Shown in pieces: positions 8,927 through 16,969 of a DNA stretch of 57,877 nucleotides. The DNA comes from Minisyncoccia bacterium (GTDB taxonomy: Bacteria > Patescibacteriota > Minisyncoccia > Phycocordibacterales > DATGWK01). The notes below the pieces were generated by a model. That model ran no database searches and was not told where the DNA came from. It worked only from the letters and a program-made list of their open reading frames with translations. The stretch is from NCBI GenBank assembly GCA_038259265.1, contig JBBSOY010000002.1, positions 1-57,877 of the forward strand. The letters are read 5' to 3'. Positions within the stretch are counted from its first letter, which is position 1; each line of letters starts with the position of its first letter. Both the position numbers and the translations under genes were made by a program.

Positions 8927-10042
8927 ATGAGAAAATTTTGTGGGCAGGCGTTTGCTTTTTTAATTTGCAGCGGTGTAGTGTTGGGAACCTTTTTTGGTCT
9001 CGTTTCGTCGGCCTCTGCCCATGAAGCCTACGTGCTTCCGGCCGATACGTTTTGGAACGGACTGCGTGGGCCGATGAGCGGGCATGCATTCGACGCTCTA
9101 AAAAACCCAGACAATATTCGGGTGACTGTGCTGATTGTGTTGTCGGTATGGATGTTGCTCGGACTCAATTTTCTTTTTCGGATGAGTGCGACAGGACAGA
9201 AGGTTCATGCTTTTTTTGAAAGATATTCGAAACTCGGTCCGCATTTTGTGCGCCTGACGATCGCTATCGCTTTTCTTTTTTCGGCGCTCGGCAGCAGTTT
9301 TCTCGGACCGGAGCTGCAAGGGAATCTTTTTCCATATTCGTTTCTTCTTCCGCCGATTCTTTTTGCTATCAGTATCATGATCGCCCTCGGCTTTCTGACC
9401 GAGCTCGCTGCGCTCGCAGGCATCGCCGTGTTCGCTGTCGGTTTTTTTGTGTACGGGCCGTATGTGTTCACCTACCTTAATTATGTTGGCGAGCTGATTG
9501 TTTTGCTTTTGTTTGGCTTGCGAGTATTTTCGCTCGACAGGTATCTCTTTGGCCCTCTCCGCCGTTTCCAGTCTTTTGAAAAATACGAAACAGTCATTGT
9601 CCGAACATTCTACGGTTTGGCGCTTATTTATGCTGCGATCACTGTTAAACTTCTTCATCCAGATCTTACAATGAGCGTGGTGACAACCTGGCACCTGACC
9701 AAGTTTCATTGGCTGTTTCCGAGCGATCCGCTGCTCGTCACTTTTGGTGCCGGTATCGTCGAAGCAGTCATTGGCCTCTTTATTATTTTTGGTTTTGAAA
9801 TGCGTTTGACGGTGCTCATCAGCCTTTTTTACATCACCTTGTCGCTCCTGTATTTCCGAGAATTAGTTTGGCCGCATGTGCTGCTATACGGAATTTCTTT
9901 CAATCTACTTGTTCAGCCGGAAGTTTTCACCCTCGACCATCTCTTTTTCAAAAAACATCTAAAGCACAAATCGTGGTGGAAGCGGCCATTTTCACCACAT
10001 ACAAAAGAGGGGAAAAGCGTCGGCACTCCATTGCCGCTGTAA
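8927..10042 (+). CDS. multi-pass membrane protein (DoxX-like?)
   Basis: 371 aa with a signal-like N-terminus and about 8 hydrophobic helices. Confidence 0.45.
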   Translation: MRKFCGQAFAFLICSGVVLGTFFGLVSSASAHEAYVLPADTFWNGLRGPMSGHAFDALKNPDNIRVTVLIVLSVWMLLGLNFLFRMSATGQKVHAFFERYSKLGPHFVRLTIAIAFLFSALGSSFLGPELQGNLFPYSFLLPPILFAISIMIALGFLTELAALAGIAVFAVGFFVYGPYVFTYLNYVGELIVLLLFGLRVFSLDRYLFGPLRRFQSFEKYETVIVRTFYGLALIYAAITVKLLHPDLTMSVVTTWHLTKFHWLFPSDPLLVTFGAGIVEAVIGLFIIFGFEMRLTVLISLFYITLSLLYFRELVWPHVLLYGISFNLLVQPEVFTLDHLFFKKHLKHKSWWKRPFSPHTKEGKSVGTPLPL

Positions 10043-10097
10043 GAAACGCCTCATGCACGCGTCCTTCTGGGGGTACAAATGTTCGTAATAATTTCAC

Positions 10098-10757
10098 ATG
10101 AATAAAAAAATCATTGGCGGTATTGTGGTGCTCGTGGCGTTGGTTGTCATTTTTGCGGTTTGGATTGGCAGTAAAAATAATTCAGTCGAATATCAGTCTT
10201 TGGTGAAGGAAAAAGACGCTGTGATGATTGCCGACCAAAAGCCAAACAGCGAAGAAACTGTTGTGCAGTATGCGAAGCTTTCGAAGCCTGGGTATATTGT
10301 TATTTATGGCCAAAATTCAAACGGTCAAAAAGGCGAAGTGCTCGGTGTGAGCGATTATTTGCCAGCTGGTGAATATACAAATGTTGTCGTGAAAAGAAGG
10401 AGTGGATCGGGTGGTTCGTCTTCGAATAAACAAAAAACAAATTCTCAAACTCAGACTCAAACCGAGTCTCAGATGGATGTAGAAAATGAAACCGTACTTG
10501 CTCAGATTGTTGAAGATGACGGTGACCAGGTGTTTACCGAAGACTCAGACGCGGTGGTTGTTGATGAGTCTGGTAATCCGGTTGAGTCCGATGCGACCCT
10601 AGATGAAAATGCAGAAACAATCGATACACAGGATGAATTTATCGCTGAGCTTGAGGATGAAGGATATACCGTAGATACTGATGCGGCGGATGATCTCGAT
10701 CTCGACCTCGCTGCGACTACTTCCGAATCAGTCAACACAACTCCAGAAAGTTTTTAG
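10098..10757 (+). CDS. membrane-anchored protein with highly acidic C-terminal tail
   Basis: N-terminal TM, a small beta domain (PGYIVIYGQNSNGQKGEVLGVSDYLPAGEY), then a D/E/T-rich tail. Confidence 0.5.
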   Translation: MNKKIIGGIVVLVALVVIFAVWIGSKNNSVEYQSLVKEKDAVMIADQKPNSEETVVQYAKLSKPGYIVIYGQNSNGQKGEVLGVSDYLPAGEYTNVVVKRRSGSGGSSSNKQKTNSQTQTQTESQMDVENETVLAQIVEDDGDQVFTEDSDAVVVDESGNPVESDATLDENAETIDTQDEFIAELEDEGYTVDTDAADDLDLDLAATTSESVNTTPESF

Positions 10758-10782
10758 GAATTTCCGAACATTTCCGAAACAG

Positions 10783-10824
10783 AAAACAAAACACCCAAGG
10801 CTTGCGCTTCGGGTGTTTTGTTTT
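10783..10824 (+). terminator. intrinsic terminator
   Basis: AAAACAAAACACCC...GGGTGTTTTGTTTT, a long stem with a U tract. Confidence 0.7.
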
Positions 10825-10880
10825 GAAACGACCGGCGTGGGTGTGTTAGACACTTTTCAATAGTCGTTTATCATAGAGAG

Positions 10881-11249
10881 ATGACCACTATTTTAATTAT
10901 TGAAGATGAGGCCGAGCTTTCGAATGCGCTCAAGGTTAAATTCGAGCGAGAAGATTTTGCGGTAAGTATTGCTGAAGACGGCGAAGATGGTTTGCGCATT
11001 GCGTTGGAAACCCATCCGGATCTGATCGTGCTCGATATAAATATGCCAAAAATGGACGGGCTCACCATGCTCAAACATCTCCGAAAAGACGAATGGGGCA
11101 GCAAAGTGCCGGTAATTCTCCTTACTAACAACGACAGTGTCGAAAAAATGGCCGATGCGGCGGAATTCGAGGCCCTCGAATACATTCTCAAGACAAAAAT
11201 AAAACTCGACGACCTTGTGTCGAATATAAAAAAAAGACTCCAAAAATAG
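10881..11249 (+). CDS. stand-alone response-regulator receiver domain (CheY-like)
   Basis: ILIIEDE...DLIVLDINMPKMDG...PVILLTN...K contains the conserved receiver acidic pocket and the Thr/Lys positions. Confidence 0.85.
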   Translation: MTTILIIEDEAELSNALKVKFEREDFAVSIAEDGEDGLRIALETHPDLIVLDINMPKMDGLTMLKHLRKDEWGSKVPVILLTNNDSVEKMADAAEFEALEYILKTKIKLDDLVSNIKKRLQK

Positions 11250-14125
11250 TGCGCTATAATCAGAGGATGCTATACATCAAAACACCATCTCGTCCTTTGA
11301 TATTTTTTGGCTTCGTCATTGCCTTTGTCGTGGCAGTTGGAGCTATGGTCGGAATTTTTTCGAACGAAGATTTGTCGCCGCCGCTCGTGTTTGGCCAGGG
11401 AATGGACGTAACCGGTCCTGCAGTGAGTATCGTGGCGCCACAACCAGGTCTTTCGGTGTTTGGCCCGCAGGTATTTCTTTCTGCGAACGCTACAGACGAC
11501 GTCGGTGTGGTCGGCGTTCAGTTTAAAAGCAATGGTGTAAATATTGGGAGCGAGGTACCGGCGCCGTTTAACATGAATTGGGATACGACTGGTTTGTCTG
11601 GTTCAAAATCAATTACCGCTGTTGCGCGCGACGCGGCCGGAAACATGACGACCTCGGCACCGGTTTCAGTAACCATTTCTTCTTCAGGGGCTACATATCT
11701 TTCTGCTGGTGGTGGGTTTGGCGGCAACACCGCAATACCAAGCCCAGTCGGCGACTCCGGCGCAGCGGGCTATGCAGCCAAAGCGATTGCTCGTTGGGAC
11801 GTTGTGCCGTTTCAAACTTTTCCAGATACGATAAATGTTGGTGTCGTTGCCTTTCATATTAATGGCATTAGTAAAGTTTCTTTTTCGGCAAACGGTGGCG
11901 CGTGGACGGACGTGACCGACATGAGTATCAATCCCGAAACCAATGTCGCTGAATACTGGACAACCCTCGACGCCTCGGATTTTTCAGACGGACTCGTTGA
12001 GGTTCGGGCAATAGTGTATCCAGTTGTCGGCACAACGCGCGTTTTGCAGGATGCAAGCGGTACTGATGTGGGAGACAAGTCTCTCATGTTGTATGCAAAC
12101 AGCAATGGTTTGCTTGCAAACACCGGCGAGTTTTTGTATGTGTCGGAAGCAGATGGTTCAGATACAACGGGTGCCGGCACATCCGGCAATCCATTTCAGT
12201 CGATCGCAAAAGCACTTGCAACATTTAATGGGGCAGTGGGCAGTTGTGATGGCGGAACAATTTATTTTAAAGCGGGGACTTATGTTTATCCTGACACAGG
12301 GAGCTATCCTGGACTTGGCGGCAATTGCGCTTCGGTCCGATGGCTGACGCTTGAAAATGCACCTGGCACGGCCGAGTCGGATGTGGTTTTTATTCCGCCA
12401 ACTGTTGCGCAGGGTGGAATTTTGGAAGGTAAAATTCACGTGAAAAACGTCACGCTCTTCAATGAAACAAACGATATTATTTTTGCCGAACGTTCAAGTC
12501 CTTATGGCAACATGATCTGGTTGGATTCAGTGCAGAGATACGGAACGGGTTTTGATATGGCGCCAGTGACGACCGCGAGTCCAACAAGTTTTGAAATAAT
12601 TTGGGAGACTGGTACGCAAATTCATGATACTGATTCAGCACTCGGCGACTCGCACATTGTGGCTCGCAACGTTTCGGCGTACAACATCGGTGGTGATTTT
12701 AGTAATTCAAAAAGACTGAGTGCAAATATTTCGGTCGACCATATGCGTTTTACCGGCGGTGTTCATCCGGACGTGGTGCAGGTGCCGATCGGTGCGATTG
12801 AAAATATGATTATTTTTGGTTTGCGCGCGACGGACGTCGCGGCGCAGGGTTTGAACATCGGCGACGGTGGGCAGCCTATGTCGAACGTTGCTGTCGTGAA
12901 CGCATTGCTCGAAAAGGTGCCAGGCGATTTTCAGAATTCATTTTCTGGTGGTGGTATTACGACCGACCATTATCTTTTGTGGCACATCACTCATATAAAC
13001 TACGAATGGCGTTTTGACGGTCGGTCTGGACATACGAATTTGAGTATTCGAAACAACGTTATGCTTGCGACCCCCGAACTCGAGCTCAGCGAATTCGTAA
13101 ATCCAGTCGTCGACAACAATCATTTTATTCTACCCACAACCGCGCGCGGCACCAACTACACGAGCGGTGATCCGTTGTATATCGACGAAGATGCAAAAGA
13201 TTATCGGCCAGCAGATGGTTCGCCGCTTTTGAATCGCATTACGGGTTTAAATCGCGTGGTGACATTTGATCTTGCAGGAAAACCTGTGTACGTTGGCGGG
13301 GCGATCGGCGCGCTGCAAACGCCGTCGACTTTGCCCGACACGACCGCGCCTGGAATTTCTTCGGTTTCAGCCTCGGTTTCCCAAACGGGTGCCACTGTCA
13401 CTTGGACGACTAATGAAGTCGCAGACAGTCAGGTGGAATATGGGTCAAGTGCATCGTATGGTTCAGAGACAAATCTCGATAGCACTCTCACAACATCTCA
13501 TTCGGTTTCAATTTCTGGTTTGTCTGCCGACCATACATATCATTATCGTGTAACCTCAAGCGATGCCGACCAAAATTCTTCGACTTCCGGCGACTTTACA
13601 TTTACAACGGATCGGTCTTCATCGACTGGCGGTAGTCGCGGCGGCGGTGGTGGCAGTCGGGGTGGAGGAGGAAGCAGTGGCGGAAACAGTACAACGACTC
13701 CGCCATACGTTCCTCCGTTTGTTCCTGGTGATACGCAGCCAACCCGAATTCCTGTTTTCACTCGCGACCTTTCTTTTGGAATGTCGGGCTCGGACATAAG
13801 TACCCTTCAAAGAATTCTTATTTCTCTAGGTTTTTTGCAACCTGGTGCAACAGGTGGAAATTTCCAAACATTGACCCGAGCTGCGTTGATGGCGTATCAG
13901 CAATCGCAGGGAATTCTGCCAGCGAGTGGTTTGTTTGGTCCGCTCACACGGGCGGCTATTGAGCGCAGTGCGCCATCTCTTGCATTTACAATTGTGCCTG
14001 GCACTGCGCCAGGTGGTTTGCCAGGAATTTCTTCGCCACCAAACGCTTCACTTTCAGAACTTTTGGTGCAGCTTTTGCAGCAATTAGTGGTTCTCCTTCA
14101 AAGACAAAGAGAGTTGCAAAGATAA
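11249..14125 (+). CDS. giant surface protein: Ig-like + right-handed beta-helix + FN3 + Gly-rich linker + PG-binding domain
   Basis: N-terminal TM and Ig-like VSIVAPQPG...ANATDDVGVVGVQF. The central region looks like a pectate-lyase-style beta-helix. FN3 is TVTWTTNEVADSQVEYG...HTYHYRV. The linker is GGSRGGGGGSRGGGGSSGG. The C-terminal LQRILISLGFL...LTRAALMAYQ resembles PG_binding_1. An alternative start is ATG 11267. Confidence 0.6.
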   Translation: MRYNQRMLYIKTPSRPLIFFGFVIAFVVAVGAMVGIFSNEDLSPPLVFGQGMDVTGPAVSIVAPQPGLSVFGPQVFLSANATDDVGVVGVQFKSNGVNIGSEVPAPFNMNWDTTGLSGSKSITAVARDAAGNMTTSAPVSVTISSSGATYLSAGGGFGGNTAIPSPVGDSGAAGYAAKAIARWDVVPFQTFPDTINVGVVAFHINGISKVSFSANGGAWTDVTDMSINPETNVAEYWTTLDASDFSDGLVEVRAIVYPVVGTTRVLQDASGTDVGDKSLMLYANSNGLLANTGEFLYVSEADGSDTTGAGTSGNPFQSIAKALATFNGAVGSCDGGTIYFKAGTYVYPDTGSYPGLGGNCASVRWLTLENAPGTAESDVVFIPPTVAQGGILEGKIHVKNVTLFNETNDIIFAERSSPYGNMIWLDSVQRYGTGFDMAPVTTASPTSFEIIWETGTQIHDTDSALGDSHIVARNVSAYNIGGDFSNSKRLSANISVDHMRFTGGVHPDVVQVPIGAIENMIIFGLRATDVAAQGLNIGDGGQPMSNVAVVNALLEKVPGDFQNSFSGGGITTDHYLLWHITHINYEWRFDGRSGHTNLSIRNNVMLATPELELSEFVNPVVDNNHFILPTTARGTNYTSGDPLYIDEDAKDYRPADGSPLLNRITGLNRVVTFDLAGKPVYVGGAIGALQTPSTLPDTTAPGISSVSASVSQTGATVTWTTNEVADSQVEYGSSASYGSETNLDSTLTTSHSVSISGLSADHTYHYRVTSSDADQNSSTSGDFTFTTDRSSSTGGSRGGGGGSRGGGGSSGGNSTTTPPYVPPFVPGDTQPTRIPVFTRDLSFGMSGSDISTLQRILISLGFLQPGATGGNFQTLTRAALMAYQQSQGILPASGLFGPLTRAAIERSAPSLAFTIVPGTAPGGLPGISSPPNASLSELLVQLLQQLVVLLQRQRELQR

Positions 14126-14148
14126 AATGATGAAGGAATCTGACTCTC

Positions 14149-14185
14149 AAAACTCCACGGAACTGTGTTCTGTGGAGTTTTCTTT
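14149..14185. terminator. bidirectional intrinsic terminator between convergent genes
   Basis: AAAACTCCACGGAAC-tgt-GTTCTGTGGAGTTTT. Confidence 0.7.
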
Positions 14186-14219
14186 TGTGCTAGTTGAGTA
14201 CCAGTTGAGTGCCAGAATT

Positions 14220-15992
14220 TTACAAATCCTCCTTTTCGATTTTGCTGATCTCGAGCTGGAGATATTTTTCAGTTGATTTGATGTTCTCAGCAAAGGTGCG
14301 GAGGATTCTGGCTTCTTCGCGGGTCAAACGTCGTCGACTTTTGGCTTTTTCGAGCGCTTCGATATGTTCGTTCATATCGTTTTGCAGCATGCTCATGGCT
14401 TCATGAATGGTGCCGTGAGTTTTTTTGAGGTCCTTTCTGATTGTTGCTCTGAGTTTTCTGAACTTGTGGAAGCCGATGTAGAAAATGAAGCCGAGACAGA
14501 AGAGTAGGGCGAGGATCGGCAGAGCAATGGAGAGTCCTCGGATGACCGTGCCGCCGATTCTAAACAAAAGCGATTCGTTTACTGAAATATAAATTTTTGC
14601 CGAAGCGGCATCATGTTGTGTTTGGTTTGGGTCAAATGTTTCGGCCCAGACTGCGACTTGGCCGATATGCTGAACTTCTTCGCTTGTGAAGACGAACGCT
14701 CCGTCTGAGCCGGTGTCGACAATGTATCTTTTTTCTTTTTGGTCCTGTTCTTTCACCCAGATCACGACGCTTGATTTTGGAGCGATTGCAGAACCAGAAA
14801 TAGTGAATCGTTCGCCGCGAGTTATGGATTCAGGATGTCGGGTAATTTTTGGTGCGGAATTTTTGGGAAAGGTAACTGGCAATGTGATTTGCTTTGTGTT
14901 GCCGGCTTCGTCGGCGGCCACGATTGCGAGGATTCGGTAGCCTTCCGGTGCGGAGACAAATGTGTATTGGGCATTACCGTCAGGGTCGATTTTTGTCACG
15001 TCGATTGGCAAGATGCCGTCGCCTGTGATGATGAACTTTGCAATCCGAGAGGTCGCGTCGTTCGCTGAAAGAGAGAGCATGACGGCACCTTGGTCGTTGA
15101 GCGATGCAGATGCTGAAACTATTTCAGGTGCGTTCGTGTCGATTTTTATTTTTCGATGCGTGATCGGTCCCCAGCCCAAAGAATTTTTGAATCGAATGTG
15201 CAGATACGAAATGCCGTTTTCTAAATCATCAAGCGTTTTTGAAGAAATGGCGGGTGAGTATACGATTGTGGGTTCAGAAGTGGTCTGGTCGTCTAAAAGA
15301 ATTTCAACAGCTGTAGTGCCGCTCGGAAGTGACCAGCGGAAAGTCGAGGATCGTTTTGAATACCAGGTTTCGGCATGTGGTGTTTCGACCGAAGAAACAA
15401 CTGGCGCGGATGGCAATGTGTTTGCGGGTGTTGGTGCGGGAACGAGAACAGGCTCCGGAACAGGAACGAGCACCGGTGTGTTTGGGGTAATTGAAATGGT
15501 GGCGCCTGCTTGGCCGGTTTGGTTGGTGCCGACATTGGTGCCGAGGCCGTCATTGGCGCGAATGGCGGTGGATTGGTAGGTGAGCGGTGCGACCCCAGAT
15601 TTTTTTGCGAGCAAAGAAATGCTTAGAACTTTTCCTGTTGAGCCCGAATACCCAGGGTTTGGAACACCGCCACTAAAACTAATACGACCGTCAGAAAATG
15701 TCGGCTGTTCAACCCACAGACTAAAAATCGATCCGGCATTGTTTACCGACTGAATCGCAAAAAGATCCGAAGGTGCCGAGATTATACCCTCGGCGCTGTT
15801 GATCGCTACGCCGCCAGAATTTATATAGACCGTTGCGGTGATGACATCGCCCACTTGGACGGTCGGAGTGTTGGTTGTGATATAAAAATTTGCCGCTTCA
15901 CTCGCTCGGGCAAAAGAAAAAAAAGAAATGGCCAAAAAAACAAGTGATAAGCATGCGGGTAAGAAAATATTTTTTTGATTTTTCACCATCAT
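14220..15992 (-). CDS. cohesin-domain surface protein with C-terminal TM anchor and cytoplasmic coiled-coil tail
   Basis: Signal peptide, then VQVGDVITATVYINSGGVAINSAEGIISAPSDLFAIQSVNNAGSIFSLWVEQPTFS...GKVLSISLLAKKSG (CPR-type cohesin module). Ig-like repeats follow, then a TM helix (LSIALPILALLFCLGFIFYIGF) and a charged tail. Confidence 0.65.
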   Translation of the reverse strand: MMVKNQKNIFLPACLSLVFLAISFFSFARASEAANFYITTNTPTVQVGDVITATVYINSGGVAINSAEGIISAPSDLFAIQSVNNAGSIFSLWVEQPTFSDGRISFSGGVPNPGYSGSTGKVLSISLLAKKSGVAPLTYQSTAIRANDGLGTNVGTNQTGQAGATISITPNTPVLVPVPEPVLVPAPTPANTLPSAPVVSSVETPHAETWYSKRSSTFRWSLPSGTTAVEILLDDQTTSEPTIVYSPAISSKTLDDLENGISYLHIRFKNSLGWGPITHRKIKIDTNAPEIVSASASLNDQGAVMLSLSANDATSRIAKFIITGDGILPIDVTKIDPDGNAQYTFVSAPEGYRILAIVAADEAGNTKQITLPVTFPKNSAPKITRHPESITRGERFTISGSAIAPKSSVVIWVKEQDQKEKRYIVDTGSDGAFVFTSEEVQHIGQVAVWAETFDPNQTQHDAASAKIYISVNESLLFRIGGTVIRGLSIALPILALLFCLGFIFYIGFHKFRKLRATIRKDLKKTHGTIHEAMSMLQNDMNEHIEALEKAKSRRRLTREEARILRTFAENIKSTEKYLQLEISKIEKEDL

Positions 15993-15998
15993 CGTTTT

Positions 15999-16961
15999 CT
16001 ATTTTTTTCTAAAATATTTTTTCACACATACGACGACTGCCACAAGAATGAGGATCAGGACGAGGCAGATTTTCAGTATGTGGGTAGGGAGTTCAGTATG
16101 CGGTGTGGCTGCGCGCTTTGTGTTGACGGATATCGTTCGGACATTGCCGGCATTGTCGATTGCACGAATGGTCAGTGTGCCCGAAAGTGTTTGGTCTTGT
16201 AGTACATACGGGCTGCCAGCGCGGACGGGTGCACTGTCATTTTCAGAAACTTCGTAGCGGTTCACACCAGACTCAGCGTCGGTTGCCAAAAAACTTGCGA
16301 AATATTTTCCGTCAAATGTTTGGGCATCCTGGCCAATTGTGATTTCAAAAATTGCCGGCGGAGTTTTGTCGCTGATGATGAGCTGAGCAAGGTCGTTTTG
16401 GGTTTGAGCCCCGGCTGTTTCTATAAAAATGGTCGACGCGCTGCCCAAAACAATTTCCTTTGTTCCGGCGCCATCATTTTTAAATGCTGAAACGTTTTGA
16501 AAACTGACCGCGATGGCTTCGTCGGTTGTCGGTGTAAGGGCAATTGAAAAAACTTTAATTTTTGGTCCTGAGATGCCCGACGTCGAACCGCCCGTAAAAG
16601 AAATAGTGTTGTCTATAAAAGATGGTTTGTTGGGCCAGAGGGTGAAGGGGGAACCAGCGGTGCTGAGCGCTGCGATATCGTAGTTTCCATCAAGAATAAT
16701 TTTTCCCTCAACGGCATTTATCTCCTCGCCTTCGGTATTTAAAAATATATCAACTATCGCTGTGTCGCCGACATGAATTGTAGTGGCAGGCTTGAGACTG
16801 ATCTCTATTGCCTGTGCCAATGCTGGCGCAATGACAATGCCCGCAAAGACGACAAAAATAAAAATTGCTGTACACGCTGCATACATTGTAGTGCGCGCAA
16901 AACTAAAACTGCTTGCGAGAGTATTTTTTTTGGAAAAAATATTGTTCATAGGAATGTTCAT
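15999..16961 (-). CDS. cohesin-domain surface protein with C-terminal TM anchor
   Basis: IHVGDTAIVDIFLNTEGEEINAVEGKIILDGNYDIAALSTAGSPFTLWPNKPSF...KIKVFSIALTP is paralogous to the neighbouring cohesin module. The C-terminal TM is ILKICLVLILILVAVVVCV. The start is ambiguous (16997, 16961 or 16949). Confidence 0.6.
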   Translation of the reverse strand: MNIPMNNIFSKKNTLASSFSFARTTMYAACTAIFIFVVFAGIVIAPALAQAIEISLKPATTIHVGDTAIVDIFLNTEGEEINAVEGKIILDGNYDIAALSTAGSPFTLWPNKPSFIDNTISFTGGSTSGISGPKIKVFSIALTPTTDEAIAVSFQNVSAFKNDGAGTKEIVLGSASTIFIETAGAQTQNDLAQLIISDKTPPAIFEITIGQDAQTFDGKYFASFLATDAESGVNRYEVSENDSAPVRAGSPYVLQDQTLSGTLTIRAIDNAGNVRTISVNTKRAATPHTELPTHILKICLVLILILVAVVVCVKKYFRKK

Positions 16962-16969
16962 TTTTTGTA

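Noticed and set aside
13621-13690. GGC/GGT-rich tandem-looking DNA (GGSRGGGGGSRGGGGSSGG), and a similar poly-Gly stretch at about 17160-17200.
   Set aside because: These are in-frame low-complexity linkers between protein domains, not CRISPR arrays, VNTRs or regulatory repeats.
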